64,000 nt of DNA from Asterionella formosa (lineage: Eukaryota), in assembly GCA_002256025.1 (NCBI GenBank), contig NKIB01012566.1, positions 1 through 64,000 of the forward strand. The letters run 5' to 3'. Below, piece by piece: positions 11,529 to 25,528 of the stretch; the stretch's first letter is position 1, and each line of letters begins with the position of its first letter. A program made the translations under genes and the position numbers. The notes beneath the pieces were generated by a model, which had not been told where the DNA came from, did not search any database, and saw only the letters and a list, made by a program, of their open reading frames with translations.

Positions 11529-13098
11529 TACCAGGTACTTGGAATACCCTGATAACTTACTGAAGGCAAGACACACCCCAGGTAGTCTCTTGCCTGCGAG
11601 TATACCGGTACCGGTACATGTGTTCGAAGGGAGGGGCGCCACTCGTACAGTCAACCTACTCATGCCATCCCAGCTGATTACCGGGTACACAAGTATACAA
11701 GAAGGCAAGTAGCCACCAAGAAGGGTATTGTTCAGGTAATTCACAAACTAGCTATCATCGAACCTTTTGCTTACCTACTGCCCACGCATTGAGCATAAAT
11801 GTCATTTTTAGCTTGCTATAGCCCATCATATAAAATACATTTTGTATATTTCCTCTCTTCACACAAAATCTTGCCAAAGGTCTGATATTTTGCCCATCAT
11901 TGAAACATATTTTGTATTTTTCATATGTTAGCATTTTGGCAAGACAACAGACGCCAATTGCCCCTTGGTTTTCCAGCCCTGGGATTGCCGAAATTTGCAA
12001 GGGGTCTACTTAAGGAAACCATTTTATATACTCTACAGATTTTTATAATTTATATCTTGAATTCACCTCGTTTCTCCTGAAAAGTGGACTCCAGCAATTC
12101 ACCTTTCCCTATGCCAATCGTCGTCCATCAGCACAACTGGTTTGAAGCGAAATCAGTTCACTGATGATGCCAGTAGCGATTATTTGTCTAGCAGATGCGG
12201 CTGGTTGTTATATTGCTTGTCTTCTCGAGGGATTCATGAAGTTGCATCATCCATACTATTTCGTCAGACGAGCAATGATATCGATACATCTGATGTTGGC
12301 AGCAAGTTTTTGCTCTGGTCATGCTTGTGTTATTTACCTGATAATTCTAGTCATGAAGCCTACATACCTACGTGGTAATCAAAACAACCACGCATGGTCG
12401 AATTAAGCTAAAATTCAACACTTCAATGCATCGTTATAGTATGCATGCTGTAGACTTGGTATAATCTTTACGAGACAAGTATGTTACATTATTTGCTTCA
12501 TATATTGATTGATTTTACATGTGCCCGATTTCATCCTCACAATTATCATTCTCAAGATGATAGCTGGAGCGGGCATTGCCTTTTGAAGTTGACGGGTACA
12601 TTTAATATATACTGGGCAATATTATATAGCATATCTCCGGTTTATAATATTTACCGGTATATGTATGTGAAGTAAAATGGGAGTGGATTTCTGTGAGCCC
12701 TTTCATGTAGCACGCATTTTCTTGTGCAGCTGCCTACCGGTAATATGTTAACAACATAATGATTCTTATATTGACCGCATTCGTCACTTTGTTTCTTTCA
12801 TTACTTATTTTACCTGGTGTCATTACATCTGCCTTAGGCTACCTGGTATAAACATCCAGGTACCAGCGCAAGAAGGTGTATGTATGATGGGCATCCATCC
12901 AAAAAGTAGGGTCTTGCCAGTGTTGCCCCCAGAATACATGACTCAATTTGTTGGTATGAATGCAATTGGCAAATGTTTAAGCTTCCACAGTCGCTCGACT
13001 TTTGGAGGCTTTTGATTTCTAGTCCGTATGAAATGATTGCTTATGATTAAGAGTGAGCATGCTGCTACCACAAGAACTTATTGAAAACCGCCCCAGAC

Positions 13099-13783
13099 TT
13101 ACCAATATCCCTTGGGGTTCTTGCGACTATACTGTTGATCCTTCTCATTTGCCTCAATAAACTTTGTAATATTCACCACCCTGGTTTGGATTCTCGCCCT
13201 TGAAAAGCAGTTTACACATCCGCAATCTATTCTGCGCTGAAGTTCAGTTTTCACTCGATTCGCTATTTCCAATTGCTCCAGATCGGCACAAAAGATGAAG
13301 GATGCATAAGCTAGACCACGATCGGCGCCCTGTCGATTCAGTGTTGTTGGATCATGGAATGAAAAGAAAAAACGAATGAGATCCTCAAAATGCTCGACTG
13401 GATTGACCAATTCGATGTATAGAACTTCGACAAGATCCTTGGTAGAAGCACTTGTCGTCGTTGAACGCATAAATCCGACTCTTGCTTGTTTAATGCTCGC
13501 CGGAAAGCGATTCTGAAAGTCTGCGGCTTCACGTGAGGCGTTTCCTTCGCAAAGGATAAAATTTCCTGAAACATTTATCGACACCGACTATGTCCAAAAG
13601 GGACTTACTCCTTGTACAGAACTTTTCGGTTCCCCAAAAGCAACCAGCACCTAGTGCAACAGTGCTTGCCATACTCGATGAAAACCTATTTGCTAACAGT
13701 TCGGCTCTCTCAAGCACGGGCCCATCTTGCCCGAATGCGAAATTCTCGTCACATTCAGATGACTTCATTGCTCTCTGTCCCAT
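13099..13783 (-). CDS. msrA: Divergent peptide methionine sulfoxide reductase A; join(13609..13783, 13099..13520), about 198 aa
   Basis: ALGAGCFWGTEK active-site motif and FFFSFHDPTTLNRQGADRGLAYAS. Phase-1 intron 13521-13608 (GTAAGT...CGCAG) restores the frame. Confidence 0.88.
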
Positions 13784-13929
13784 TTCACTCGTTTTTCGAC
13801 AAAAACAAGACTCTCGTGCGTTTTGTCGTAACCCAAATCAAAAGGCTGGTTGCTCCCTTGCTGAGTCGAAGCACGTACCACTACAGAGATGCGCATAAAA
13901 AGAATACAATAATTGCTGCTTGAATCGTA

Positions 13930-14120
13930 CCTGGTACACTTAAAAACTGTAAGCCACTCATCTTCCGAGTAAAAATATTGATGCAAGTACGAAGTGTATG
14001 TTACATAATGCACTCTATTCTTAGAATATAGGTAATCAGTTTTGATTCATTGTATAAAGCCATGACGATCTAATTTTTCAAAGTCTTTAAGATTGCTGCA
14101 TAGCGGTGGCTTACAGTGCA
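13930..14120. mobile_element. TIR family B remnant
   Basis: TTAAAAACTGTAAGCCAC...TGATGCAAGTAC...GTAATCA.TTTTGATTCA is shared with 32596-32770. GCGGTGGCTTACAGT is shared with the terminus at 3516-3540. Confidence 0.65.
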
Positions 14121-14679
14121 TAATTTTTCTATCCACACATGACTATATTTTCCTCCCAAACCGTGATTATTTTAACTCCGTTCATACTACAGGCAAACAG
14201 ACAGATTATCATTTTATACAGTGTACTCGGAGTGGAGTACCAGTTACCATCATATAAATATGGCTGGTTGCAACCTGAAGATCAATTTAGTGGGATACGT
14301 AGGCCTTAGTATAGATTTTCTTTTGCATCCAATAATTAAGAGTAAAAAATTGTGACGCATACAAAAATTGATGCAAATTCTTTGATAGTATATATACCGG
14401 TATATTGCCCTCCACTCATTTCTCCTCAAAAGGTATGTAACATCAATCTGTTGTCATCGTTCATGTTTGTTGATTTTGCTGCTTGCTTCTTATTTGCTTC
14501 GTTGCTCTGTTGTTCGCTATGTTAGATTGTAGATATAGGTTGCATTGCAGAAAGTTGTGTCGAAATTGAGGGCACAGCGGTGTGTTTTGAATTGTTTGAC
14601 AAGCTTCTCAATGCTGATAGGTCCGCTTCATGTGTTGTTGTGTCAACTTTGGCGTCCATCCTGGTGCTGTCATCTTCGT

Positions 14680-16060
14680 CTGTAAATAAAAACTATCATG
14701 AATATAGGATCAAGGGTAAAGTACGCTAAGTGGCACAGGATTTTTACATATATGATAGTTTTTCGATCAAAAATATGATCAATGTATTATATAATTATGA
14801 TCATGCAGTAAACTTTTACCAAGCTTGACAAAGTATGATGATACTATCATAGTTATAATACCATTGCATCATATAATTAGTTAAACATGGTGGTCCTAGC
14901 TATGATGTGTATACTTTTGTCATACATCTATCATAGCATGATGGTAATTCTCAACGATATCACTGTCTAAAATAGGATGAAATTGATCGAAATTTAGAAC
15001 TATATTTAACAATGGTTTTATGTTTCTATATCTTGAGTGGCTACAGAATGTTCTACAATTCTCTCATCGCAATGATTGGTGCTTCAGCTTTCACTTCCAC
15101 ATTGACCCCAATCCAGTTCTGAAGGTTGTTGTACTGGTTGCCTTTCCCTGCCTTGTTCCCCTGCTTTGTTCCATTTACTCCTGAAGGATCTGAGTTTGCA
15201 TTCACGCATTTTCCTATTACTATTGAATCCGTTTCGTTGTTCCAATCAGCCATACTAACAAAGAGAAGCAATTCATTGTTAGCTGTTCATGTTTTGCTTA
15301 CACAACAACATGCATTTCGCTTCTATCTTCACTTACCAAAAATTGAGGAAGTAACTGGCTGATGCATATTTCTGTAAAAGAATGTGTCAGTTGAAGATTG
15401 AATGAGAAGCAAAGTATCGATCAATAAATGGGTTCCAACACTGCTGTTTGTAACTTACAAATACTGTTTGTCTACCATTATCCTGAAAGAAGCAACACAT
15501 ATGTGTCAGTTTTTCTAACAGTTGTGGATTGATCCAAAGATGATAGCACTTACCGATTTCTTTTGTCCACATTGATGGTTGGCCAGCCAACAAATCGAAA
15601 AGGAGCTAGTGAATCACTCAAAGGGGATGAGTCATTCCGTATTTGTAATCCCAGCAATTGATCATCCTGGCATTTGCTCTTGACAAACCATGATGGTATC
15701 ATGCACAGCTTGTTGATTCCGCTCTTCTCCATCATATTCACTCCTTCTTAGCCACATGGTGTATCATCGTGCTGTATTGTCCCTTCAGTTTTTCGCATCA
15801 TGTGTTGCTTGAGATCCTTCATTTCAGGAAGTGGATGCATGACAAGGAACATGAAAGGCATTTGCTCTTGACTTACCATCAATTGATTCCGCCCTTCGTC
15901 TGCAAAACAAAATTTCATGCATATAGGATCAAGGGTATTGTACGCTAAGTGGCACAGGATTTTCGTAGATATGATAATTTTTGGATCAAAACTATGATCA
16001 AGGTATCTTATAACTATGATGATAGATTAATATTTTACCAACCTTGGAATATAATTATAA
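14680..16060. repeat. Two diverged direct repeats of about 140 bp (from 14680 and from 15900)
   Basis: Both contain ATATAGGATCAAGGGTA..GTACGCTAAGTGGCACAGGATTTT, about 1.22 kb apart. Confidence 0.9.
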
Positions 16061-17422
16061 TAAGGACATTATCATCACACAATGTATATCAACTGATCAA
16101 CAACATTTCTCATCAATATCATAAACCTTCTCATATTATTTTCACTTCTCGTGATCGCCCGATGTAAATTATTACTACAACGCATCCTAAAATCAGCTCA
16201 ACTCTATGCTATCATGTGAATTGTTTCATCGTAAATCTATCTTAAAAATGATCATAATTCTATCACAAGCATTGTTCAAAAAGAATTGGAATGGATTGTA
16301 ATTTAATTAACAAATTAAACAATGATGTTTCTGTTTCGACAGATACCCGAGGAATGTTTCTCTCCTCCTCTCCACTCGGCTCAATGTATATTGTTCCTGT
16401 CTCACCCTTTTCTTCCTCTTTTCTGAATCTTGTGCCAAGCAATGCCTTACTAATGTTGCATATCTCTCCCTGCTGTTAGTGTCATTCTGAACTCGCCGAC
16501 TATTCCGTTGTTTGATCGGTTTTATTGTCATATGCAGTTACAGTAACAATGAGAAGGAATGACTTGTTAGCTAGACATGTTACACTGACACAACATCACG
16601 CCATTCCATCGTGGTTTTATCCTCTTGCTTGCTTCACTTACCACAGCCAAATCAAAGCAAGTGATGCATAACAAGTCTGTAATAGTAAATTGTCAGTAAA
16701 TTCTTGAATAAGTAAGTTTCAGGTTTCCAATGTTGTTGAATAAAACTTACCAATTCATTTTTGTTAGCTTAACTTTGAGAGAAGATAAATGTGTCCATCA
16801 GTTATGTTCCAACAGAAGTGAATAGGTCCAATGACAAGAACACTTACCAATGTTGTTTTGTGTCGAAGCCACAATGTTTTCGTTCTTGCGTAAACTTTTC
16901 CTTTCTTGTCATGTACTTTACTCCGATATTTCTTTTCATGAAGCAAGCATTGTTGGCTAATATGACAGAATGATTTCAAATATATTTGCCATGTATATAG
17001 TTATAAAATTTGTAAATATATAGATATATCAAGTGTCGTACATTTATAAAAATCAAAGGCACTCTCAATATGGAACGTCTGGTATTGTTGAGATGATCAT
17101 ATTCGCATTTAGATAATTCGAAAATATTCAATACACGATATGTCCATTGTTTTCCATGACTTCGTGTATTGGTACTGTTTCTGAAATTTTTTTGCATCAA
17201 TATTTTCTACTTCCGTTGGAAGTAATTATTTAGACCATTCAATTGGTGTAAGTCATAACCAGTTTGTATCATTATTTATATGCAAGGATTTTGGTAGCAA
17301 ATTATTCAAGCCCCTTTTTTGGGCGGGAGTTCTTCATGTGTACTGGTACATCATATGACAATAACATTTTATCATATATCTACAGAGTACCAGTAGCAGG
17401 TAGGAAGTGATATCCTGGGGGT

Positions 17423-17792
17423 AGTCGGAGTAGTAAACTAGCAACAGAACACCATATGTTCAAGACTGTTGCTACTGCAGTGGGAAAGTAAATCATCATA
17501 GTTTTAGGATCGTATGATTGTAAAATTAAAAACCAATAGAACACCATATGTTCAGGACTGTTGCTACTGCAGTGGGACAGTAAATCATCATAGTTTTAGG
17601 ATCGTATGATTGTAAAACTAAAAACCAATAGAACACCATATGTTCAGGACTGTTGCTACTGCAGTTGGACAGTAAATCATCGTAGTTTTAGGATCGTATG
17701 ATCGTAAAACTAAAAACCAATAGTCGGAGTAATAAGCAAGCAACAGAACACCATATGTCCATGACTGCTGCTACTGCAGCGGGACAGTAAAT
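17423..17792. repeat. 92-bp tandem repeat, three copies plus a partial fourth
   Basis: Unit AGAACACCATATGTTCA.GACTGTTGCTACTGCAG...AAAACCAAT starts at 17446, 17538 and 17630. Confidence 0.95.
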
Positions 17793-17894
17793 GAATTTAA
17801 GATCATCGAACTTTAAGGAAGACAACGACAACAGTTATCAAGTAGTACAAGGTCTTCAAGAAACCATAAAGAGGTTCATGGAAACAAGCGACAT

Positions 17895-20039
17895 GTGGCA
17901 AATACTGCCGGTATGGAACAAAGAAGCAAGTTCCAAAATGAGTTAACAAAGAAAAAGCGAATAGGCGATTATCCAAAGCAACCCAATCGGCGATTGGGAG
18001 ACGTTGGGGGTAATACCCCATCGTCAATGGGGACACCATCAGCTACTAGTACAAAGGCTCCCGTAATTGATACTGACAGCGATGATAACGTTTCTACTTC
18101 AGTTTTTGATACAAGAAAATTGGCTCCTGTTGATGTTACCATTAATAACTCCCGGATGCAGATGGACGACATGGTACCATATCATAAATTTTCTAATCGC
18201 ACGGACCAACAAGTACATGACAAACTGAGGGAAAAACATTTTGCACTTGCCAAAGGATATTATCAATTGGTCAATGATCTCAATCACTACAAAGGTTGTA
18301 ATTCGGTTCAAAACTCGTCCATACGAGGATATCAAGAATCTTCAATTTCAGCAGCCTTTATCAGAACGTCGTTCTCGCTTAGCTAAAAATGAACCGAACT
18401 ATCAATTGTCACAAAGGTTGTGAGTTTTATTTTCAAGACCAAGAAGTTTTGCTGTGAACATGTAAGTTTGATGTTATTGTTCGTGAATTGCAGGTACTGT
18501 AAAACAGAATATCAATCAAATGTGCTATTTTCTGGTCCCAAAAGAGAATCAAACATCCCGCCCACCCTATCTGGTCCGAGTAGTATGAAAGGCATTTCCA
18601 ATCACAAACAGGATTGGTTTGCCCAATGTTGACCTGCCTAACTCGGCTATACACAGTGAAACAGAAGTTAGGCAAAGAAGTGGAGAGTGACCCAGAGCTT
18701 GCCGATTTCATATGGAATGGTTCTGATGCACTACTTCCAATGAATCAGACCATTGAACGTACCATCAAGGCACGTTTAGATTATAGTAAATCAACATTTG
18801 GTGGCATGTGCATAAAAAAGTTGAGAGAATGTCAGAATGTATTGAATAATCAATGTAAAGGAATCTTAGGTAAGTTCTTGCAGGGCAGGAGATGCTCCGA
18901 AAGCATGATGTTTTGAGTCGGTGATTATATTCTTATCAAATATATTTCAATTTAAAAATGCTAACATATTTCATGACACACCAGTTGGTCTAACAGAATA
19001 TAACTTCCAGACTATGGATATTGATGACTTTATTAGGTGGGCGCTGACGCTTTATCGTTTTGCGCAGTCAAAGGACATTGACAGGGGAAGCCATGGATAC
19101 CAAGTCTGGCGTGATGTTCTTGCTCCGGTGTATTTTATAGGCAGGACAAGCCGTGGAGAACCATTTTTAACAGGAGACAAATCTGGTGTGACCAAATTTC
19201 AACTCAGTCTTCGGGCACAGTGTGAATTGCAATCACGTTTTGTTGGTTCGCTGATCAATGCCAGTACAGAAGCATTTTGCTTCTTGGTGCTGAAAGGAAA
19301 ATTCCGATTGCAACAAAAATATTTGGGTTTCAATCCAGATACCCATGAAATTTCAGAGAACAAAATTCATCATTCTAATGATTTTGTCGACCATCCACTA
19401 TCATCTTCTGATTGAAATAACATGGAATCATGTTCAGTGGCCATTATGATCTGCAATTATGCTTTTTTGACCGTATAGAAAGATTCCGATAAACCAATTT
19501 CTTCAGGTGAATGGTATTCTTGTGGAAGATATCCTTTATCGGTGCATAACAATTCCAATTGTTTCGTGCATCCAGGGATGATTCAGTACTTATGGGCAAG
19601 GTGAAATACTTGATCATTATGTTCATCCAAACTTGCATCTTTTCCTGGATCACGGTCTTGACATAATCCATCATTTATAGCAAAAAAGATAATGCACAAA
19701 ATGGTTGTTTTCCTCTTCATCTGATATTCGTCATTCTACCGATTTTGTCGACATGGGTGGGGAACCACTTATTATAAAAGTGTGAGGGACGAAAGTTCAG
19801 TTTCAAATGGTCTCACTGATCAATGGACTGATGATTTACTTGTTTATTATAAGGAAATCTACACTGGACTTTCACAAAAGAATCGATCTGAATATGGAAG
19901 GAATCCTAGTGGAATTGCTACTCCCACCACAAATATCATCTACCTACACTCATACTTCTCATTTCCCAACTTAAGTAAAGAGGATATGCATCAATTTGTT
20001 GAATCACTTCAACCAAATGTTCCTGAAAAGAATAATTGA
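17895..20039 (+). pseudogene. Degenerate spliced gene of unknown function, probably an accessory ORF of the adjacent Plavaka-like element
   Basis: Chain of same-strand ORF pieces (17895, 18614, 18921, 19782). Intron-like GTGAGT 18420...TGCAG 18493 and a GTAAGT donor near 18871. Confidence 0.45.
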
Positions 20040-20545
20040 TTATAATGACCGCATTAATCAATAGGACATTGATGACGATGTTGATTTTGATTTTGAATGG
20101 ATCTAATAGAATCCAATGCATACTTAGTAGTTACATAATAATTATAGTTAGTGTGAGACTTCTACAATGTCAGCCATATCATAGATGATAGGAAAACATT
20201 GATTCTGCTCTATACTACTATTACTATTAGTGCCGCCTGTACTATATGTAGCGGTATACCTCCATTTTTACTACTATGGTGGAGTGATAATTTCACGACT
20301 CTGTATTTTCCAGCACAGCATGTTCGAAGTGGCGCTCAATTTATTATTATATATTAATTCATTTTCATTCTATCCTTTTCATATCCTGACTTGGTCATCA
20401 TTTGGAATTTGCAATGTCTTTGCGCATATTGCAATGGTGTTATCTGTGAAACTACAAATTTCGGAAGAACAAATCCCCATCTGAGTCTCACAATCGAAAT
20501 TGTAGCAACCGTGTTTTTTATGCATATGGTCACTGTCGACATTGC

Positions 20546-23409
20546 ATGCAGGAACATCGAGTTCCTGGAATACATAGTGAAACTATGTATTGCGGTAGTG
20601 CATCTAACCATTCAAGGAAAGAAGTTAATGATGGCAGTGTAACTGCTGCAGCATTTAGGGAGATTAGACAAAAAGAGATTATGTGTCCTATCCTTGAATC
20701 AAGTGACCACAATCATCCACTTCATGACTACAGCGACGATTCAGTTTATAACAATATTCAGTCACAACAGGACGAACAATTGAGACTTAAAACTTTCCAA
20801 GGGTTGAATTCAGAAACCATGCAATATTCAGATTTTCAAGATCGCACTGGCTTTCTCCCTGAAAATGCAATGGAATACCCCTTCCTCCTCAATTTCAACT
20901 TCCAAGTAAACATTCTCTGAACATGCAACCAATCGAATTAGAACTCATGTTATTCCTCAACAAGAATTATCTTCCACCAGTTTACTTTGATCATCTAATG
21001 AAATGGCTGTTCAAAGCCAAAGCAATGAAATATTTTGATGGAAGGTATCAAGCTCCATCCTACCAGACTTTGAAAAAACGCATGGATATTTCATTTCCAC
21101 CAACATAAGCTGGTGGTCAACTGTTGACCAAACAAATAAAGATTGATAACAATTCAAATATGATCATCCCACGCACACTCCATTATTTCGAACCAGTACA
21201 GCTCATGGCAGGATTGCTACGTGATTCCGATATCATGCAACATTTTGTATGTCACCCACGATGCAACATTTTGTACGTCACCCACAAGTGAAACTTACAA
21301 CTTGTGGAGAACGCATATATGACGAAGTAACTTCTGCGACTTGGTTTGAAAATGCATTCAACAATTCTCCTGCTTCAAAAAATGGAGTGTTGAAGACAGG
21401 GTGTTTATTTGTTGCCCTAGCACTTTTCAGTGATGGTTCTTCACCTATTGATAAACAAATGAAACATTCCGAGCATCCGTTTTTGCAGACAATGTTAAAC
21501 TTAACGTTAGAAGGAAGAAAAAAGTTCATGGATGGCAATTAGTATCCCTTTTGCCAGACATTGAAGTCAGTGATCTGGAGAAACAAATGAATAATAAGTT
21601 ATCTGGTGACGACTTGTCCTTATATAGACTCAAATTATATCATTCTGTTACAGGATTTCTATTGTCGCCTTTCGAAGATCCAAACAAGTCATACCATATT
21701 TGGGTTCATGGTCTTGGTATGAAAAAGTTTATTTCAAGATTGGAACGATCATTGGTGATACAGAAGAACACAATAAAATTTGTGGCTTCAAGGGTGGTAA
21801 TGGATTATATCGACGATATGTTTGTCGTGATTGCCTGGTTTCAACTGAGGATGCTGATAATCCTGATATTGGATGTGAACGTCGTAAAGTGTCAGATGTT
21901 AAAAAGTTTTAAAACAAATTTCTTGACAAAAATGCATATCCCGATGGAAAATTACCATGTATCCCACCTGAGTATTGTGTCTCCCAATCTAATGGCGAAT
22001 ACACAACAGCAAACGAGTGGTGCCGTGTTATATCGCATAATCCTATTATGCCTGCACTAATAAATCATTTTTTGGTGGGACTTAGAAGGATTATTTGGTG
22101 CAACTCCATTTGAGGTTCTTCATCAATTACTACTTGGAATATTTAAGTACATTTTGGAATCTTTGTACAATAATCGGACTATCCCTGAAGAATGGACATG
22201 TTTTTTGAAAGAAAGAAAATCTCCAGATATTCCAGAAAACACCTCCGATCATAAACGTAACACTGAAACAACAGACTCTGCTTTTCTTGATCAAGAGCAA
22301 CCGAAGAAACGGGCAAAGACCAAAAAGGACACACGCACCAGATATCAAAAATATCTACACTGGCAAAAATCAAGACCCAACACTTGTACCAGCACCAGAA
22401 ATGTAGCTATTTTCGAAACTATACTAGACTTCGAACAAAGTGGCTGCTAGATATATTAATAGTCATTTGGAATGTCAAACCGAGGGATCGTGATATTCCA
22501 AAATTGTCATACAGATCTGGGATGACAGCTTTGTCGAAAATGTCAGGGCAAGAAATTCCCGGATTATGTCTGTTAACTATTTTTTCAATGGGTGGAATGA
22601 TGGGTTCAGAGAACATGCAGCTACCTAGAAAAGGATTTCACATTGCTGTTATGGTTATGTATATCTATCAATGACACTTTATTCATACCACAATATACAT
22701 CAACATGTATTGATATTTTAGAGGAAAGGGTTAAGAGATTTATGTCAGTTACTAAGATTATGATTGGTCCCCAACGGGAAATGATATCTCAAATTGGCTT
22801 GCGAATGGCAAAATTTCATGGAATGAAACATTACCCTCATCTGATTAGGAAGTTCGCTCGGATCTCCTCTTCATTTCTTTGGTAGATATTCGGAGTCTTT
22901 GGACAAATTGAAACGAGCGACCCAGTAAGCGTGTCAATGGACAATTACATCGATTAAGGCATGATATGCATTTTAACAAGGTCATGAAACAAGGCAGTTT
23001 TCCTTGGCACGAAAACTTGTTTTTGCAAGTGATTCATTTCATACAGAAAACAAACAAACAAAATGAGAAAAGTAGTACATATGAATGTAACTGAGGCTAT
23101 TTCAACAGATATTGATTTCGAAGGAAGATTCAGGATACAAGGATATTGCCTAGTATGTTGTCTGATAATTTGGGAATATCGCCTGCTACCAAGATCCATT
23201 TACCATCCCTTCCTGTTAAAATTCAATTCACTGCATCATCATCAAATGGTCTTTGGAATATAGCAGGTGTCCCTAATAAGATTGGGCATGTATCACGGAG
23301 TAAGGATGCACCCTTGTCTCAATTGGTTCATCCTGATTTACTAAAGGGGGCCAACTACGTAAAGAGCATTGCGAATTCAGCAATAAGCATTTGCAAAGTG
23401 GTCGTTTAG
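20546..23409 (+). pseudogene. Plavaka-type (CACTA/Mirage-related) transposase, heavily frameshifted
   Basis: ERIYDEVTSATWFE, LALFSDGS...HPFLQTMLNL, LYH, IIGDTEEHNKICG...CRDC, ATPFEVLHQ..LG, MSGQE and KFHGMKHY appear in the expected order across broken ORFs. Confidence 0.8.
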
Positions 23410-23985
23410 GTGAAAGCTTTTCTAAGTGACCAAGAAGTTTAGCATTGCACTCTGCATCTTGATTGGCCTTGTTCTTCTCTGCTCTCTGTTTGCTTGATTT
23501 TTCTAAGCATTCCAAAACCTTTTAAAAGTCCTGTACTGGGCTCCTCACACTCGCCCTCTCTCTTTACGATTGTTTCTACCAAGACCCTTCACACTTGCTC
23601 GCTTATCATGTATTCCTCAGCCTACACTCCTCATATTCGATTATTCCAATTCTTGGACTCTTACTTCAAAAAAATCCCACTCTGGCCTTGCAATTTTCAT
23701 ATTTGCTTTCCATTTCTTGATTTCTGTTCTTCCACTCTACTCTCCATTCCTTACACTGATCTACACATGATTCCAAAACCCTAAGAGCCTCATAATGGGC
23801 TCCTTGCCCTTGCTCACCATCTCTACATTTGTTTTACCTCCAAAGAACAACTGCAACCCCTAAGAGTCCCTCAGTGGACTTGCCCTCACTCGTGCGACTT
23901 CACAAACTCCATTAGATTCAAGTTTCAATAAAATCGTACTTTAAAATTTTCTTATTCCACTATGTATGTAGCCCAATTTGTCATA

Positions 23986-25528
23986 CATCTAAGCCGCGAA
24001 ATACGCCACTTTTTCGAAATTTGTTCTACGTAGGATTGTTAATTATGTGGTACTTCACATGAATGAATACTACTCTTCCCGTAGAAAAGGTTACTTTTAA
24101 CGGTTTCATGTGAAGATTTCACAAAACACTCAGAACTCAAGACTGAATTATTTGATGTTTCAAATAATTCATTTCAAAGTTCAACTTAAATCCTGCTCTT
24201 GTGGCTAATTCATTTACGACATGCATCTTCCTTTGTGAAACAGTAAGCATATTTGTGGTGTCTTAATTCATGCTACAGTTTATGGTTGTGCACTTCACGT
24301 AAATAATATTTACTATTATACTGCACAAGATTACTTGTCGTGGTTTCACGTGATGGTTCACAATCATAAGGTTATTTCCAAGGCAGGACTAGTTGATGTT
24401 TCAACTAAATATTTTAAAAGTTCAAGATAAATTTTTTAGAGGGTAAATCATTGCGAAAGACAACTTCATTACTAATTGTTTGATTGCAATCTGCCCTTAT
24501 TTGATTGAGAAAAATGGAGCAAAATGGATATCGAGAAATATCGCGACATGATTCGTGATGCAAGCAACAACCAACTCTAATGAGCACAAAACAGGTACAG
24601 AACGAATCATTTAATATTGAAGTTGAAATGCTGAACTAAATATCTATTCGAATTAGTGTGTGTTATCGACTGCAAATCTTCGGAGTGCTATTGGGCATGA
24701 ATTGATGGAGAAAATCGAAGCAATGTGGTGGTTGTTGGCAACTGGGTGCATGAAGCATATCAACAATCATCCTTACCATCGATATTGTCAGCATCCAATA
24801 TGAATTCTCTTATTCATTTACATAAACTATATTTCTATGGATTCTAAAGATACAAAATATATGAATAACATACCTGTATTGTGAATATGTCTGGAATGGC
24901 ATCGTGATGCTGGTGTGTTGACCTCAGCTAGTCATGAGTACTAGGTATGGCACCTGGGACCAGGTACCGGCATACAAGGCCTACACAGGGCTATGAAACA
25001 TACTACGGTACCAGGTACCCCCTGGTACCTGGTACCTTGGGTCTTTTGATGCTGCACTCAGGCATACTAACAAATAGCTAAACTGTATAGTACCACCAGG
25101 TACTCCTGTAGGAACCAGGTCGTTGTTATGTTTGATTGCATATCAAGATTTGTTTCCCATGTAATGTGAAATACCGGTAGTTGAATTAGGAATCAACATT
25201 ATTTGATAGTACTTTTAAATTGTGTAAACAAATTCAATACATTACGTGAACTAAATTATAGAATTATGTGAACAAAATTAAAAGGCAATGTGAACAAAAT
25301 TACAGAATTAATTGAAGTATTTCAAATAATTATGTGAAGGTGATCATGTAATATAGTAGTGATGATCAGGAATGCATGCATGATACTCTGATCAAATGAT
25401 GTATTCTGATAATATATAGATATATTCAAGTCATCATTTTGATGTGTTCAACTAATTCATATGATCCAATCAAAATCAACTAGGCTTATTTATGTGATGG
25501 TCACTTCACGTCATATGCCGCTTAGATG
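23986..25528. mobile_element. Candidate non-autonomous TIR element with subterminal repeats
   Basis: TA|CATCTAAGCCGC...GCCGCTTAGATG|TA (11/12 match). Recurrent CTTCAC(A/G)T and TGTGAA motifs, and a diverged internal duplication at 24040-24190 vs 24280-24430. Confidence 0.55.

Noticed and set aside
17423..17792. Possible CRISPR array
   Set aside because: Whole 92-bp units repeat with no unique spacers, there are no cas genes, and the context is eukaryotic.
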